Below the pieces are notes generated by a model that was not told where the DNA came from, made no database searches, and saw only the letters and a list, made by a program, of their open reading frames with translations. Below are positions 52,813 through 62,864 of a stretch of DNA of 64,000 bases, piece by piece (positions within the stretch are counted from its first letter, which is position 1; every line of letters begins with the position of its first letter). This stretch comes from a virus: the IMG/VR virus record IMGVR_UViG_3300021373_000005, one strand, 5' to 3'. A program made the position numbers and the translations under genes.

Positions 52813-54113
52813 TGGAAACTTTTAACCCTGGATATTGCACAATAGAATCTGCTATCCTTACGAATCATCGTGGGGATGAAGAGAATATTACTGGAATGAT
52901 TGGAGGTCTTTCTTTACTTCAGTCAATGGCGTCTGTTGCTTTATCAGGTGAAATTGAATTATTAGACGGTGTAGGACTTATTAATAGTCTTCCTATTCGT
53001 GGTGAAGAAGGATTAAAGATACAACTTAAATGTCACGATTTACAAACCGAAGTTAATTTAGATTTACAAGTGATTGAAATTGCTGATGTAGTTCAGCAGC
53101 CAGGCTCAGGTGATATGTATGCTTATGTTTTAAAGTTTATCACAAAGTCTTCTTTTAATGCAGCAAAACAAAATGTCATTACTGCGTTTAGAGATAAGAA
53201 GGCTTCTTTTGCTGTTAATAATATTTTTAAGAAATATTTTAAACCAAATTTTGAAGCATCAAGAAAATTTAATGTTGAAGAGTCAGAAGGTAATATGAGA
53301 GTTATTATTCCTGACTATACTCCACAAGAAGCAATGAAATTCTTAGCAGCAAAGGCATTCTCTAAAAGTTCAAAGTCAGCAACATATAGATTCTTTGAAA
53401 CGACAAGAGGTTATAATTGGGTTACTGATGAATGGTTATTATCTGAAGCACAAAAAGGTGAAATTAAAAAATTAAAGTACACTGCGGTTGTTGATAGAAA
53501 TCCTTTAGATGGTCCTGTCATTATGGAAACATTAGAAACTTTTAATCAAGCATCTCACGTTTCAACAATGAACGATATGCATAAAGGTGCTTATAAGAAT
53601 GTTGTTATGGAGATAGATTTAACAACACACAAGAAAAGAGAATTTCATTATGATTACCTAAAGAAGAAAGGTTCTTATAAAGGAATGCAAGGACAAATTG
53701 GTGGAATCTCTGGTGGTAAACATACTGTTGAATTTATTAACGATACATTTACAAAAGAAAATGCACCTCAAAGTATTGTGTATAGAGATTGGACTCCTTC
53801 TGGGAAAGAAGTAGCAGACGGTCAAGTAAATCGTGAAGAACAACATATGACTGAGATTATTCAAAATAGAAAAGCATATAATTATCATATGACAAATAAT
53901 ATGTGTACTGCTGGAATGAGAGGAAGAATAGATTTAATTCCAGGTGAAGTAATTAATTTATCAATTGTAGAACCTAATGCTCTTATGGAAGGAGAGCAAA
54001 ATAAAAGATTAAGTGGTTATTATTTAATTTATGCTACTGCGCATAATATGACAGGCGATAGTTTAGAAACATCTCTACAGCTTGTTAAATTTGATTGGGA
54101 AACTGACGTATGA
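52812..54113 (+). CDS. Baseplate hub protein (gp27-like)
   Basis: P.RGEE.L.I, IPD..P..A..FL, Y.FFET..G...F, G.VI.L, SG.YLI...H; between gp53 and gp5. Confidence 0.7.
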   Translation: METFNPGYCTIESAILTNHRGDEENITGMIGGLSLLQSMASVALSGEIELLDGVGLINSLPIRGEEGLKIQLKCHDLQTEVNLDLQVIEIADVVQQPGSGDMYAYVLKFITKSSFNAAKQNVITAFRDKKASFAVNNIFKKYFKPNFEASRKFNVEESEGNMRVIIPDYTPQEAMKFLAAKAFSKSSKSATYRFFETTRGYNWVTDEWLLSEAQKGEIKKLKYTAVVDRNPLDGPVIMETLETFNQASHVSTMNDMHKGAYKNVVMEIDLTTHKKREFHYDYLKKKGSYKGMQGQIGGISGGKHTVEFINDTFTKENAPQSIVYRDWTPSGKEVADGQVNREEQHMTEIIQNRKAYNYHMTNNMCTAGMRGRIDLIPGEVINLSIVEPNALMEGEQNKRLSGYYLIYATAHNMTGDSLETSLQLVKFDWETDV

Positions 54114-55828
54114 TTAATCAGTCGGGTATAGGACAGCCTCAATTCTTTATAGGAATTGTAGAGAATAATGTAGACGAATCTCGAGAAGGGAAGATTCAAG
54201 TACGTGCGTTTGGAATACACGGAACACATTCTGATATTAAAACTAAAGATTTACCTTGGGCACTATGTGCTTCAGGTTCTTACGATCCTAATAATCCACC
54301 ACCTCCTCTTAATTCTTTTGTATATGGTATGTTCCTTGATGGAAGAATGGCACAACATCCATTAATACTAGGACTTATCCCAGGTACTTATAATACTGAA
54401 TTAAATCCTAATGAAGATGGGTATGGTGTTGTTGCTGCTAAAGATGGTGAATTGTTAGGTGGCACTTATGCTCCTAGAAATTTCAATGCAGGTGGCGGTC
54501 CTGATAAATTAGCAACAGGTGAAAAGTTATTAGAAACATACTTATTAGCAATGGCAGCTAATCGTGTTCATGACCAAAAGATTGCTAACAGCGATGAAAC
54601 TTGGGCTGAACCTACTCCTGCTTATAATGCAAAGTATCCTTATAACAAAGTAATTAAAACAGCAAGACATTCAATTGAAATTGATGATTCTCCCGGCGCT
54701 GAAAGAATTATGATACATCACAATAGTGGTGCTTATATTCAAATAGATGCAAAAGGAACAGTTTCAGAAAAAGCAACAGCAGATCGTTATGAAGTTAATA
54801 TTGGAACAAAACATGAATCGTCAGGTCATAGTGTAGTTACGATTAACGGTAATGCTCATGTATATGTAAAAGGTAATAAGACCGAAGAAATTGAAGGTGA
54901 TTATAGAATGCTTGTTCATGGCAATGCCGAGTTTGGTGTTGGTGGTCAAATGAATTTGAATGGTGGTGAACAAGTTCAGTTAAGAGGTGGAGATGTTAAG
55001 TTAGAAGCCAACGCAGGTATTATGACTGTCTTTGGTAAAAAGGAAATACAGTTTGAGTCAGTCAATCAATTAAACTTCGTTGCTAAGAACATTAAAAATA
55101 CAGCATTAAATACTTATGATGTATTCTCAACAAAAGCAATTAAATTATCTACACCAGGTGATATACATAATACTGCTTCAAATATAATCAGTTTAGCAAG
55201 TGGATTAATACCTCCTACTCCTTTAACAGGAACATCAGTACCAACACCAGGATGGAGTTTAACAACGCCTGCTATGCAAATTGCTTCTATCACAACTTCA
55301 CATACTGGAGTATTTAATACAACTGCTGTGAATTCAGGTGCAATTACTTCAAGCAGTGTTGTCAATTCTCCATCAGTTATTGCTACATCAGTCGCGGCAA
55401 CAAGTGGTGACTTTACAACATTAGGTGCTCCACTTATGACTGCTACAGGTGCTGCATATAATGGTGCTTATCGTCCACCAGTTGTAAGCGTATCAATACC
55501 AACTGTACCTGGTTTAATACCTCCTGCTGTTTCCGCACCTGTCGTTGCTCCTCTTCCTGGGATTACTTCAGGTTGGGCATATCCTACAGGTAATAGTGCA
55601 GAGTTCTATGCTAAGATATTAAATCCTGTATCTGCTTTCTTATCTGTTGTAGCTGACTTTACACCTTTTGATTTTGGTGCTTGGGGTATGACACAAGCTA
55701 AGATGCCTGAACCACCAAGCAAGTCAACATCTATTGTTCCTCAAGGATATTTCGCAATGGGTTATTCGGCAGGTGTTCTTGCACCTATTGATGATTCTGC
55801 AGTTGACACAACTAGGAGTATTTTATAA
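54110..55828 (+). CDS. gp5: Baseplate central spike/hub without a lysozyme domain
   Basis: OB-fold F.G.VEN..D....G...VRAFG.H, LPWA, YPYNKV..T..H..E.DD.PG.ERI...H.SG, beta-helix repeats. Confidence 0.88.
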   Translation: MINQSGIGQPQFFIGIVENNVDESREGKIQVRAFGIHGTHSDIKTKDLPWALCASGSYDPNNPPPPLNSFVYGMFLDGRMAQHPLILGLIPGTYNTELNPNEDGYGVVAAKDGELLGGTYAPRNFNAGGGPDKLATGEKLLETYLLAMAANRVHDQKIANSDETWAEPTPAYNAKYPYNKVIKTARHSIEIDDSPGAERIMIHHNSGAYIQIDAKGTVSEKATADRYEVNIGTKHESSGHSVVTINGNAHVYVKGNKTEEIEGDYRMLVHGNAEFGVGGQMNLNGGEQVQLRGGDVKLEANAGIMTVFGKKEIQFESVNQLNFVAKNIKNTALNTYDVFSTKAIKLSTPGDIHNTASNIISLASGLIPPTPLTGTSVPTPGWSLTTPAMQIASITTSHTGVFNTTAVNSGAITSSSVVNSPSVIATSVAATSGDFTTLGAPLMTATGAAYNGAYRPPVVSVSIPTVPGLIPPAVSAPVVAPLPGITSGWAYPTGNSAEFYAKILNPVSAFLSVVADFTPFDFGAWGMTQAKMPEPPSKSTSIVPQGYFAMGYSAGVLAPIDDSAVDTTRSIL

Positions 55829-57375
55829 TGGCTGAAGTATGTATTGACAGAAATGACCAAACAACTCAGAATAAGTTATCCTTAAGTCCTAAACCTATTG
55901 TTGACCAAGAAGGTAGATATACTCTTGCTCAGATTGATGCAGTGACTGCAGAGATTGCACAAAGTATTGTTAATGAAGCAGAAACGAATCCATTATCAAA
56001 AGCAGTTAACAAATATGGACAAACATTATATAATGCAACCGATTATTTAAATAACTTATTAAGACAAAAGATTGGTAATTTAGATTCTTATCCTGACCTC
56101 GCAGGAAGATGGGAAAGAGGTAATATTTCTAATTTGGAAATGGCTGACTTTCTACAAAATTATAATTACACTCCTGATGGATTTTTAAACGAAAACGATA
56201 CAGTAAGACTTGCTCGTAATTTAGATGCTTATTATAAAAACGATTTCAGTACAAGTATCCTTGGTGGATTCTGTGATAGGTTTGATTCTCTCTTTGCTTC
56301 AATTGATGCATTCTTTGATTTAATCGGACAAGTTGAAGCTCTCGTAGGTCAAGTATTAGATATTATTAATAAAATAAGAACATACGATGGTATAAAAGAT
56401 TTAACCGTCGCAGGTTTAGTTGAAAAACTAATTGATGAAGTTAAGAAAAAGATTGAAGATGTTATTGATAAAATCTTTCAAGAAGTACAAGACAAAATAG
56501 ATAACTTTGACCCAGCAGGTATTGTCGCAGGATTTGAAACTTTTGTAGACGCAAAGGTTGTAAAAGGTATTATGACAGTAAGAGAACAATCTTGTGCATT
56601 CTTTACTGACGCAAATAAAAAAGGTATTAAAGATAAAATAAGTGGATTAATTGATTACGCAGTAAGTTTATTTGAATCACCTGGAATCGAAGAAATACAA
56701 TTCCTCATTGCTCGTATATGTGCTCTTGCTGGAAACATAGAAGCCCTTATTAAGGACATTAATTCTCCACTTGATAATTATACATCCAGGTACAGTACGA
56801 TTGTAAACCGCCTTAAACGAATCTCTCAAATCAATGAATCGTCAGCGGTAAGAGCCGGAGCTATAAGGTATTCCCCAACAACTCGTCAAGAGGTAATAAA
56901 TAGATTAGAAGGCAGATGGACTGAGACGGGTGGAGAGGTCATTACAAATACAGGTGAACCTCCACAAAATATAGCACCAATTACTGCAGCAGATTATAGA
57001 GATCTTCCAAGATGTGGAGCAGTATTTAAAGGTAGTGATACAAGCTTTGGAGTTGAAGGAGATTCTTTTGACGAAAAAGAAGGTGATGGAATATATGCTT
57101 ACACAAGAGTTGACCTTGATGTTAAAGTATATTTGAAAAGAGTACAACAGGAAATCGGTACCAAGCTTATTATTACAAATGGTTGGGTAAGTAAAGCTTA
57201 TAATAAAAAGAAAGAATACGCAGAGGATAATTCACATTTAAGTGGAATGGTAGTTGACATTAAGAAGACAGATTTTGAAGCAGACCAATTTATTGAATCT
57301 GCATTTAAAAATGGATTTAAATATGTTAAAGAATACGACGATTTCATTCATTTAGATTTAAGAGAAATATTATAA
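55828..57375 (+). CDS. Virion protein with C-terminal peptidase M15-like domain
   Basis: SH-x6-D (NSHLSGMVVD) and FIHLD Zn-ligand motifs; helical middle region. Confidence 0.65.
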   Translation: MAEVCIDRNDQTTQNKLSLSPKPIVDQEGRYTLAQIDAVTAEIAQSIVNEAETNPLSKAVNKYGQTLYNATDYLNNLLRQKIGNLDSYPDLAGRWERGNISNLEMADFLQNYNYTPDGFLNENDTVRLARNLDAYYKNDFSTSILGGFCDRFDSLFASIDAFFDLIGQVEALVGQVLDIINKIRTYDGIKDLTVAGLVEKLIDEVKKKIEDVIDKIFQEVQDKIDNFDPAGIVAGFETFVDAKVVKGIMTVREQSCAFFTDANKKGIKDKISGLIDYAVSLFESPGIEEIQFLIARICALAGNIEALIKDINSPLDNYTSRYSTIVNRLKRISQINESSAVRAGAIRYSPTTRQEVINRLEGRWTETGGEVITNTGEPPQNIAPITAADYRDLPRCGAVFKGSDTSFGVEGDSFDEKEGDGIYAYTRVDLDVKVYLKRVQQEIGTKLIITNGWVSKAYNKKKEYAEDNSHLSGMVVDIKKTDFEADQFIESAFKNGFKYVKEYDDFIHLDLREIL

Positions 57376-57795
57376 ATGGCATTAGTAGATTACATATCAC
57401 CGAAAGCAAAGAAGGTTAATCTTTATTCTGATTTCAGAAAGGATTTAACTACGAGTCCTGTATCAAAAGACATTGTCTTACTTAAAGATGAAAATGCAGT
57501 TAAAGACGCAATTAAGAATTTAATTTTAACCGACCGTGGTGAAAGACCAATGCAGCCTTTCTTGGGTGGAAGTATACGTGATATGCTTTTTGAAAATCTT
57601 ACACCAGGTACAATGAAACTCATTAAAGATAGAGTAGCATCTACAATAAAAACATATGAACCGCGCGCTGAGTTATTAGACGTATATGTTTCTGGAGATT
57701 TGGATAATGGTCAAGTTGTTGTAAGAATTACGTTTTATGTTCAAAACGAGCAACAACCAATTAATTTAGATGTTATATTAAAAAGGAATAGATAG
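57376..57795 (+). CDS. gp25: Baseplate wedge subunit
   Basis: YSD, AVK.AIKNL.LT..GERP..P..G..I...LFE, I...EPR. Confidence 0.93.
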   Translation: MALVDYISPKAKKVNLYSDFRKDLTTSPVSKDIVLLKDENAVKDAIKNLILTDRGERPMQPFLGGSIRDMLFENLTPGTMKLIKDRVASTIKTYEPRAELLDVYVSGDLDNGQVVVRITFYVQNEQQPINLDVILKRNR

Positions 57796-57797
57796 AG

Positions 57798-59663
57798 ATG
57801 GCAAATCCAAAAACACCAATTACCGAATTAGATTTCGCGGCAATTAAAGAACAGTTTAAAGTATATCTTCAAACGCAAACGCAGTTTAAAGATTACAACT
57901 TTGAAGGTTCAAATATGTCTGCACTACTTGATGTACTTTCATTTAACAGTTATCAAAATAACTTCTATACAAATATGGCACTTAACGAAATGTTTCTTGA
58001 CTCTGCCGTCCTCAAGAATTCAATCGTATCTCATGCAAAAGAATTAAATTATATTCCAAGATCACGTAAGTCTGCCAAGGCTGTTTTAAATCTAACTATT
58101 AATGATACAACAACGAATGCTTCAACAATTACAGTTCCTCAGTATTTTGAATTGTCTGCTAACTATCAAGGTGAAAGTTATAACTTTGTTACTAATGAAG
58201 CTTATACAGCAAGAAGAACTGCACCAGGAGTATATGAAGCACAAAATGTTGAATTCTTTGAAGGAGAAATGTTACAGAGTTTCCAAAGAGAAGGATTTAT
58301 TGTTGATGCTGATGGAGTATTAAGAGTTTATTTAACAAACAATGAAGTAGATACTGATTCACTTGTTGTGTTTGTTGATGCTGAAGCAACTGACGATGCA
58401 AATGTATTTACAAGAGCAACAACTATCTTTGGTGTTAATCCTACAGATAAAGTATTTTATTTAGAACCTTATCTCGATGATCGTTATTCTATTTACTTTG
58501 GTAAGAATCAGTTTGGTTTACAACCTGAAGAATTTGAAGATGTAAGAGTAAGGTATAGAATCTGTTCAGGTGCAGAACCTAACGGTGCCGCAGAATTTGG
58601 AACTGGTTCTATTAACGATACAGGAACAGTATCAGCAACAGTTGTTCAAGCAGCAGCAGGTGGTCAAGAAAGAGAGTCAATGGAATCTATTCGATACTTT
58701 GCTCCTAAGGCATTACAGGTTCAGGAAAGAGCAGTAACGACAAAAGATTACGAAGTATTATTACAACAGGCTTTCCCTGAAATTACAGCGGTTTCTGCTT
58801 ATGGTGGTGAACAACTTGACCCACCTCAATATGGCCGTGTTGCTATTTCAGTTTACTTAAATGATAATACTGAAATCATTTCTTCAACATTATCTAATTC
58901 ATATATTGCATATTTAAAAGAAAGAGCACCACTAGGTATTGAACCAATCTTTGTGGCAACTGAATTTGTATACGGTGATATGGCAGTTAATGTAACTTAT
59001 ACGAGAAAGAATACAGAAAAATCAAAAGCTGAATTAGAATCATTAGTACGAGCTGCGATTCAAAAATATTCTGACGACAATCTCGAAGGATTTGATAAAT
59101 CATTACGTGTATCAAAACTTTCAAGTATTATTGATGGATTAGACACAGGTATTGAGAGTAATGAAATTTCTGTATTGCCTATTATTGAATATTCACCTCC
59201 ACTTAATTTTAATACAAATCCTGCATTTAGATTTGAAGCAGAATTAATTAAGCCCTATCCTTTCAAGAGTGCAAACGGTTTCGTAGATTATAAACCTGCG
59301 ATTAAGTCAACAGTATTTGATGTTGATGGTACTTGTGTATTCTTACAGGATGATGGTCAAGGTAATGTGATGACAATTACAGATGAAGTTACGAATCCAC
59401 AAATTATTAATCCTACTGCAGGAACGGTTGATTATAAAACAGGTGAAGTTAAATTAACAAACTTTAAAGTAGAAACATTTACAGGCTCAGCAATTAAGAT
59501 TAGTGCAAAAACTAAAACTGCTGATATTAAAGCGCCAAAAGGAAGAGTATTCATTATAAGAGATACTGATGTTAAAGTAACGATGAACTTGTCAGAATTT
59601 AATAGACCTATTGCTACGCAATCAGCAACGAATCCTCCAACAGGAACAACGACATCTTATTAA
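57798..59663 (+). CDS. gp6: Baseplate wedge subunit
   Basis: ELDF..IK, DYNFEGSNMS.LLDVL, NEMFLDSA..KNSIVSHAKEL.Y.PRS, QERAVT..DY. Confidence 0.95.
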   Translation: MANPKTPITELDFAAIKEQFKVYLQTQTQFKDYNFEGSNMSALLDVLSFNSYQNNFYTNMALNEMFLDSAVLKNSIVSHAKELNYIPRSRKSAKAVLNLTINDTTTNASTITVPQYFELSANYQGESYNFVTNEAYTARRTAPGVYEAQNVEFFEGEMLQSFQREGFIVDADGVLRVYLTNNEVDTDSLVVFVDAEATDDANVFTRATTIFGVNPTDKVFYLEPYLDDRYSIYFGKNQFGLQPEEFEDVRVRYRICSGAEPNGAAEFGTGSINDTGTVSATVVQAAAGGQERESMESIRYFAPKALQVQERAVTTKDYEVLLQQAFPEITAVSAYGGEQLDPPQYGRVAISVYLNDNTEIISSTLSNSYIAYLKERAPLGIEPIFVATEFVYGDMAVNVTYTRKNTEKSKAELESLVRAAIQKYSDDNLEGFDKSLRVSKLSSIIDGLDTGIESNEISVLPIIEYSPPLNFNTNPAFRFEAELIKPYPFKSANGFVDYKPAIKSTVFDVDGTCVFLQDDGQGNVMTITDEVTNPQIINPTAGTVDYKTGEVKLTNFKVETFTGSAIKISAKTKTADIKAPKGRVFIIRDTDVKVTMNLSEFNRPIATQSATNPPTGTTTSY

Positions 59664-59675
59664 GAGAGAAGAAAC

Positions 59676-62600
59676 ATGCCTCAGGGTGAAATAGAAAAAA
59701 ATATATCGCTTTTTATAAAGCGCCAATTCCCTGCCATTTATCGGGAAGATGGACCTGAGCTTGTTCAATTAGTAGAAGATTACTATAAGTGGTCGGAAAC
59801 TCAAGAGAATCAACATATCTATCAGCAAAGAAGATTCTTTGAAACAAAAGATATTGATACTACATTAGAGAATATGATTATATTCTTTAAGAAAAAGTTT
59901 CTTGCTGACCTACCACTTAAAACGGATATCATCAAGTTTATTATTAAAAATATTCTTGACTTATATCGTTCAAAAGGTACTGCTCGTGGTATCGAATTAT
60001 TCTTTGCGATATTTTATCAAGAGTTTGATATTGAAATCATATATCCTTCAGAAAGAATGGCAAAGATTTCTGATTCTGATTGGAAGCAAGGTGTATACTT
60101 ACAAATGTTTCCAAATCAAAACAAATTTACATCAAAGAGTGGTAAAGAATATACTTACTTTGATTTATTATCTCGTAACATTACAGGTGCCTTCTCTGGT
60201 GCAAAAGCATCAGTCCGTTCAGTTAACTTCTTTATCTTAAATGGAATTAAAACTGCGGTTGTATATCTCGATGGAATTAAAGGTAACTTTGATAAGTTTG
60301 AAGATATCACAACAAAAATAAGTGGTGAAGTTGTTTCGTTTGGTAAAGTAAATGGTTCCTTATCAGGTTTCATTATTGATACTTTTGATAAAGGAATGAC
60401 AGGAAGGTCAGTTGGTGAAATCTTTGACGTAAAACAAAAAGACGGTAATTCAGGTAAAGCAATCGTTACTGCTATTTCCGATGAAACAACAGGAAGAATT
60501 TCATATGATGTTCTTGACGGTGGTTATGGTTATACAATTGATAATACACGCTTATTAGTTTCTAATCAATCTCTCATAACAAATAATGAAGATTTAAATT
60601 ATGTCATAGGCGAAACCGTTGAAGACCAAGGTGGTAACGAAGGTATTGTCATTGGACAAAATGCAAGTTCTGTTGGATTCAGAATGAATGCAGGTAATGC
60701 ATTTAACGCAGGAAGTGTTATTACAACAACTCGTGGTTCAAATGAATATGTAGTTACAGTTTCTTCACAAGGTAATGAAGTTACGCAGAAAAATGAATCG
60801 TCTCCTGGTCCGTTATATCCTGACACTTCTGATACTGATGATGTTATTGTATCAAGTTTGGCAGATACTTCTGTCGCTTCTGTTATTACTGATTTAATTC
60901 AACCTCATTTAGGAACAACATTAAATATAGCTGATTACGAAGCCGTAGCTCCATTCTCAGGAACCGCATCTCCAGTTAATTTATCAACTCCTTTAGAAGA
61001 TGCATTCGCAATACAAGATTTAACAATAGGTACTATATCTGGGTTTAATAATATTAATCCAGGTTCTGAATATAAAAACGATGTATTTGCGATAGCACAA
61101 GACAGTGTGTTCAAAAACTTTGAACGCAAAAATCAAATACTTCAATTTGCCGATGCAGGCGTCGCAGGAAACTTTTCAATAGGCGATCGTATTGTTGGTA
61201 TAGGTACTGGAATTACTGCTGTTGTTAAAAGAACAAATTTAGAAGCTGGAAGTATTACGGTTACTCCATTTGCTTATTACGGTTTCAGTGGAGAAGATAT
61301 ACGTTTTGAATCTTCACCTGAGCCTGACTTTGAAGTTATCGCAGTTGAAACCGATTATGAGAATAGTCTATCATTTGGTGATAACGCAATCATTAATCCA
61401 GAAACTGAATTCGCAATAGGAAGAGTTAAAGAAGTTAATATTTTATCTTCAGGATTTGGATATGTTGATTATGGAACTGAGCCAGAAATATTTGCTGAAG
61501 GTAAAGGTGAATTAAGAGATGCAAATAATGACATTGTTGCTACAGGTTGGATTGAAGCAACACAACAAGGTGTCACATCAGGTTATTGGTCAATTGAAAA
61601 TTCTCATTTAAGTGGATATAGAACAGAGCCAGGTCAATCTTCAGATAATACATTAGAATATTATGATTCAGGAGCAAGAATACAAGATAGTGACTTCTAT
61701 CAAGAGTATTCATATCAAATTAAATCTACATTACCTTTACAAGAATACCAAACATTATTAAGAGAAAATGTTCACCTAGCAGGTTCAAAATTGTTTGGTG
61801 ACTTTATCTTTAAGGCATATGTTGGTTCAGGAATGAAACAACGATTCTTGAGATTGTTTAATGACCAAGGTACTGGATCACCATTTGATTTAGCTGACAT
61901 TGAAAGCTTAAGAGCTTCAGTTACAAACTATACTTCTGATAGTACTTATGTATCAGCTGACCATATACCGGGCGGTTCAGGTGGTTTAACATTAAGTACA
62001 GCTTCAGCAACAGATTTAACAATTACAAAGAATTGGAGTCAAGGCTTCCATGATTACGAAGTAACAGTACAAATGCCTACAGTAGGAACGGCTCCTTACC
62101 CAGTTGCTATTTTATTACACGGTAATGGTGGAACAGGTGCTGGTTCAGTTTCGCAATTTGCTGATAACTTAACAGGACATATATTAATTGGAGTTGATGG
62201 ATTTGCGAATTCATGGAACATTGCGAATGAAACTTCAAAAGGTCCTGACATTGAAATGTTAGAAGAACTTATTGAAATGTTAAAAATATATAATAACGTT
62301 GATGAGAATAAGATTCGTATTGTAGGTACAAGTAATGGTGGTGCTCTTGCATTAAGGGCAGCAGTTGAAATTGGTGATACTGCAGTTGATACTATTGTCT
62401 GTATGATATCACAAGCACACAACGAACAATATAGAAACGGTTATTTCTATTACCCATCTAATGAAGAAATAACTGGAGGGGCAACTCCAAATCTTGGTTA
62501 TGATTATATCAAGAACCCAATACCTCAAAGAAGGCTTGTTCTAATGAATGGTCTTCAAGATAATGTAGTCCCATACGCAGGTGGAACGGCGTTAGGAGTG

Positions 62601-62819
62601 GAGTTCTTAAAGGCTCAAGATAGTGCATATAGATTTGCACAAGCACAAGGATGGACAGGAAATCAAAATCTTGGTGGAGCCGCTTATGGGGCAGACAGTT
62701 TAATTGTTGATTATGATACAGTTATCTTCTTGAAGGACGATGTAGGACATACCGTTTCTGACGATATGAAGAACCTATTGAATAAGTACCTTGAAGATGA
62801 CTACAATATAACATATTAA
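59676..62819 (+). CDS. gp7: Baseplate wedge protein (gp7-like) with C-terminal alpha/beta-hydrolase domain
   Basis: P....E.G...V.....YY, I..I..LY..KGT..GI..FF, QDS.FYQEYSY.I.S, H.AG.K.FG; tail with LHGNGG, GTSNGG, GLQD.VVP, GH. Confidence 0.8.
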   Translation: MPQGEIEKNISLFIKRQFPAIYREDGPELVQLVEDYYKWSETQENQHIYQQRRFFETKDIDTTLENMIIFFKKKFLADLPLKTDIIKFIIKNILDLYRSKGTARGIELFFAIFYQEFDIEIIYPSERMAKISDSDWKQGVYLQMFPNQNKFTSKSGKEYTYFDLLSRNITGAFSGAKASVRSVNFFILNGIKTAVVYLDGIKGNFDKFEDITTKISGEVVSFGKVNGSLSGFIIDTFDKGMTGRSVGEIFDVKQKDGNSGKAIVTAISDETTGRISYDVLDGGYGYTIDNTRLLVSNQSLITNNEDLNYVIGETVEDQGGNEGIVIGQNASSVGFRMNAGNAFNAGSVITTTRGSNEYVVTVSSQGNEVTQKNESSPGPLYPDTSDTDDVIVSSLADTSVASVITDLIQPHLGTTLNIADYEAVAPFSGTASPVNLSTPLEDAFAIQDLTIGTISGFNNINPGSEYKNDVFAIAQDSVFKNFERKNQILQFADAGVAGNFSIGDRIVGIGTGITAVVKRTNLEAGSITVTPFAYYGFSGEDIRFESSPEPDFEVIAVETDYENSLSFGDNAIINPETEFAIGRVKEVNILSSGFGYVDYGTEPEIFAEGKGELRDANNDIVATGWIEATQQGVTSGYWSIENSHLSGYRTEPGQSSDNTLEYYDSGARIQDSDFYQEYSYQIKSTLPLQEYQTLLRENVHLAGSKLFGDFIFKAYVGSGMKQRFLRLFNDQGTGSPFDLADIESLRASVTNYTSDSTYVSADHIPGGSGGLTLSTASATDLTITKNWSQGFHDYEVTVQMPTVGTAPYPVAILLHGNGGTGAGSVSQFADNLTGHILIGVDGFANSWNIANETSKGPDIEMLEELIEMLKIYNNVDENKIRIVGTSNGGALALRAAVEIGDTAVDTIVCMISQAHNEQYRNGYFYYPSNEEITGGATPNLGYDYIKNPIPQRRLVLMNGLQDNVVPYAGGTALGVEFLKAQDSAYRFAQAQGWTGNQNLGGAAYGADSLIVDYDTVIFLKDDVGHTVSDDMKNLLNKYLEDDYNITY

Positions 62820-62864
62820 GAATAAATAATAAATTAAATAAATTAATTTTAGGAAAGAACAGCT

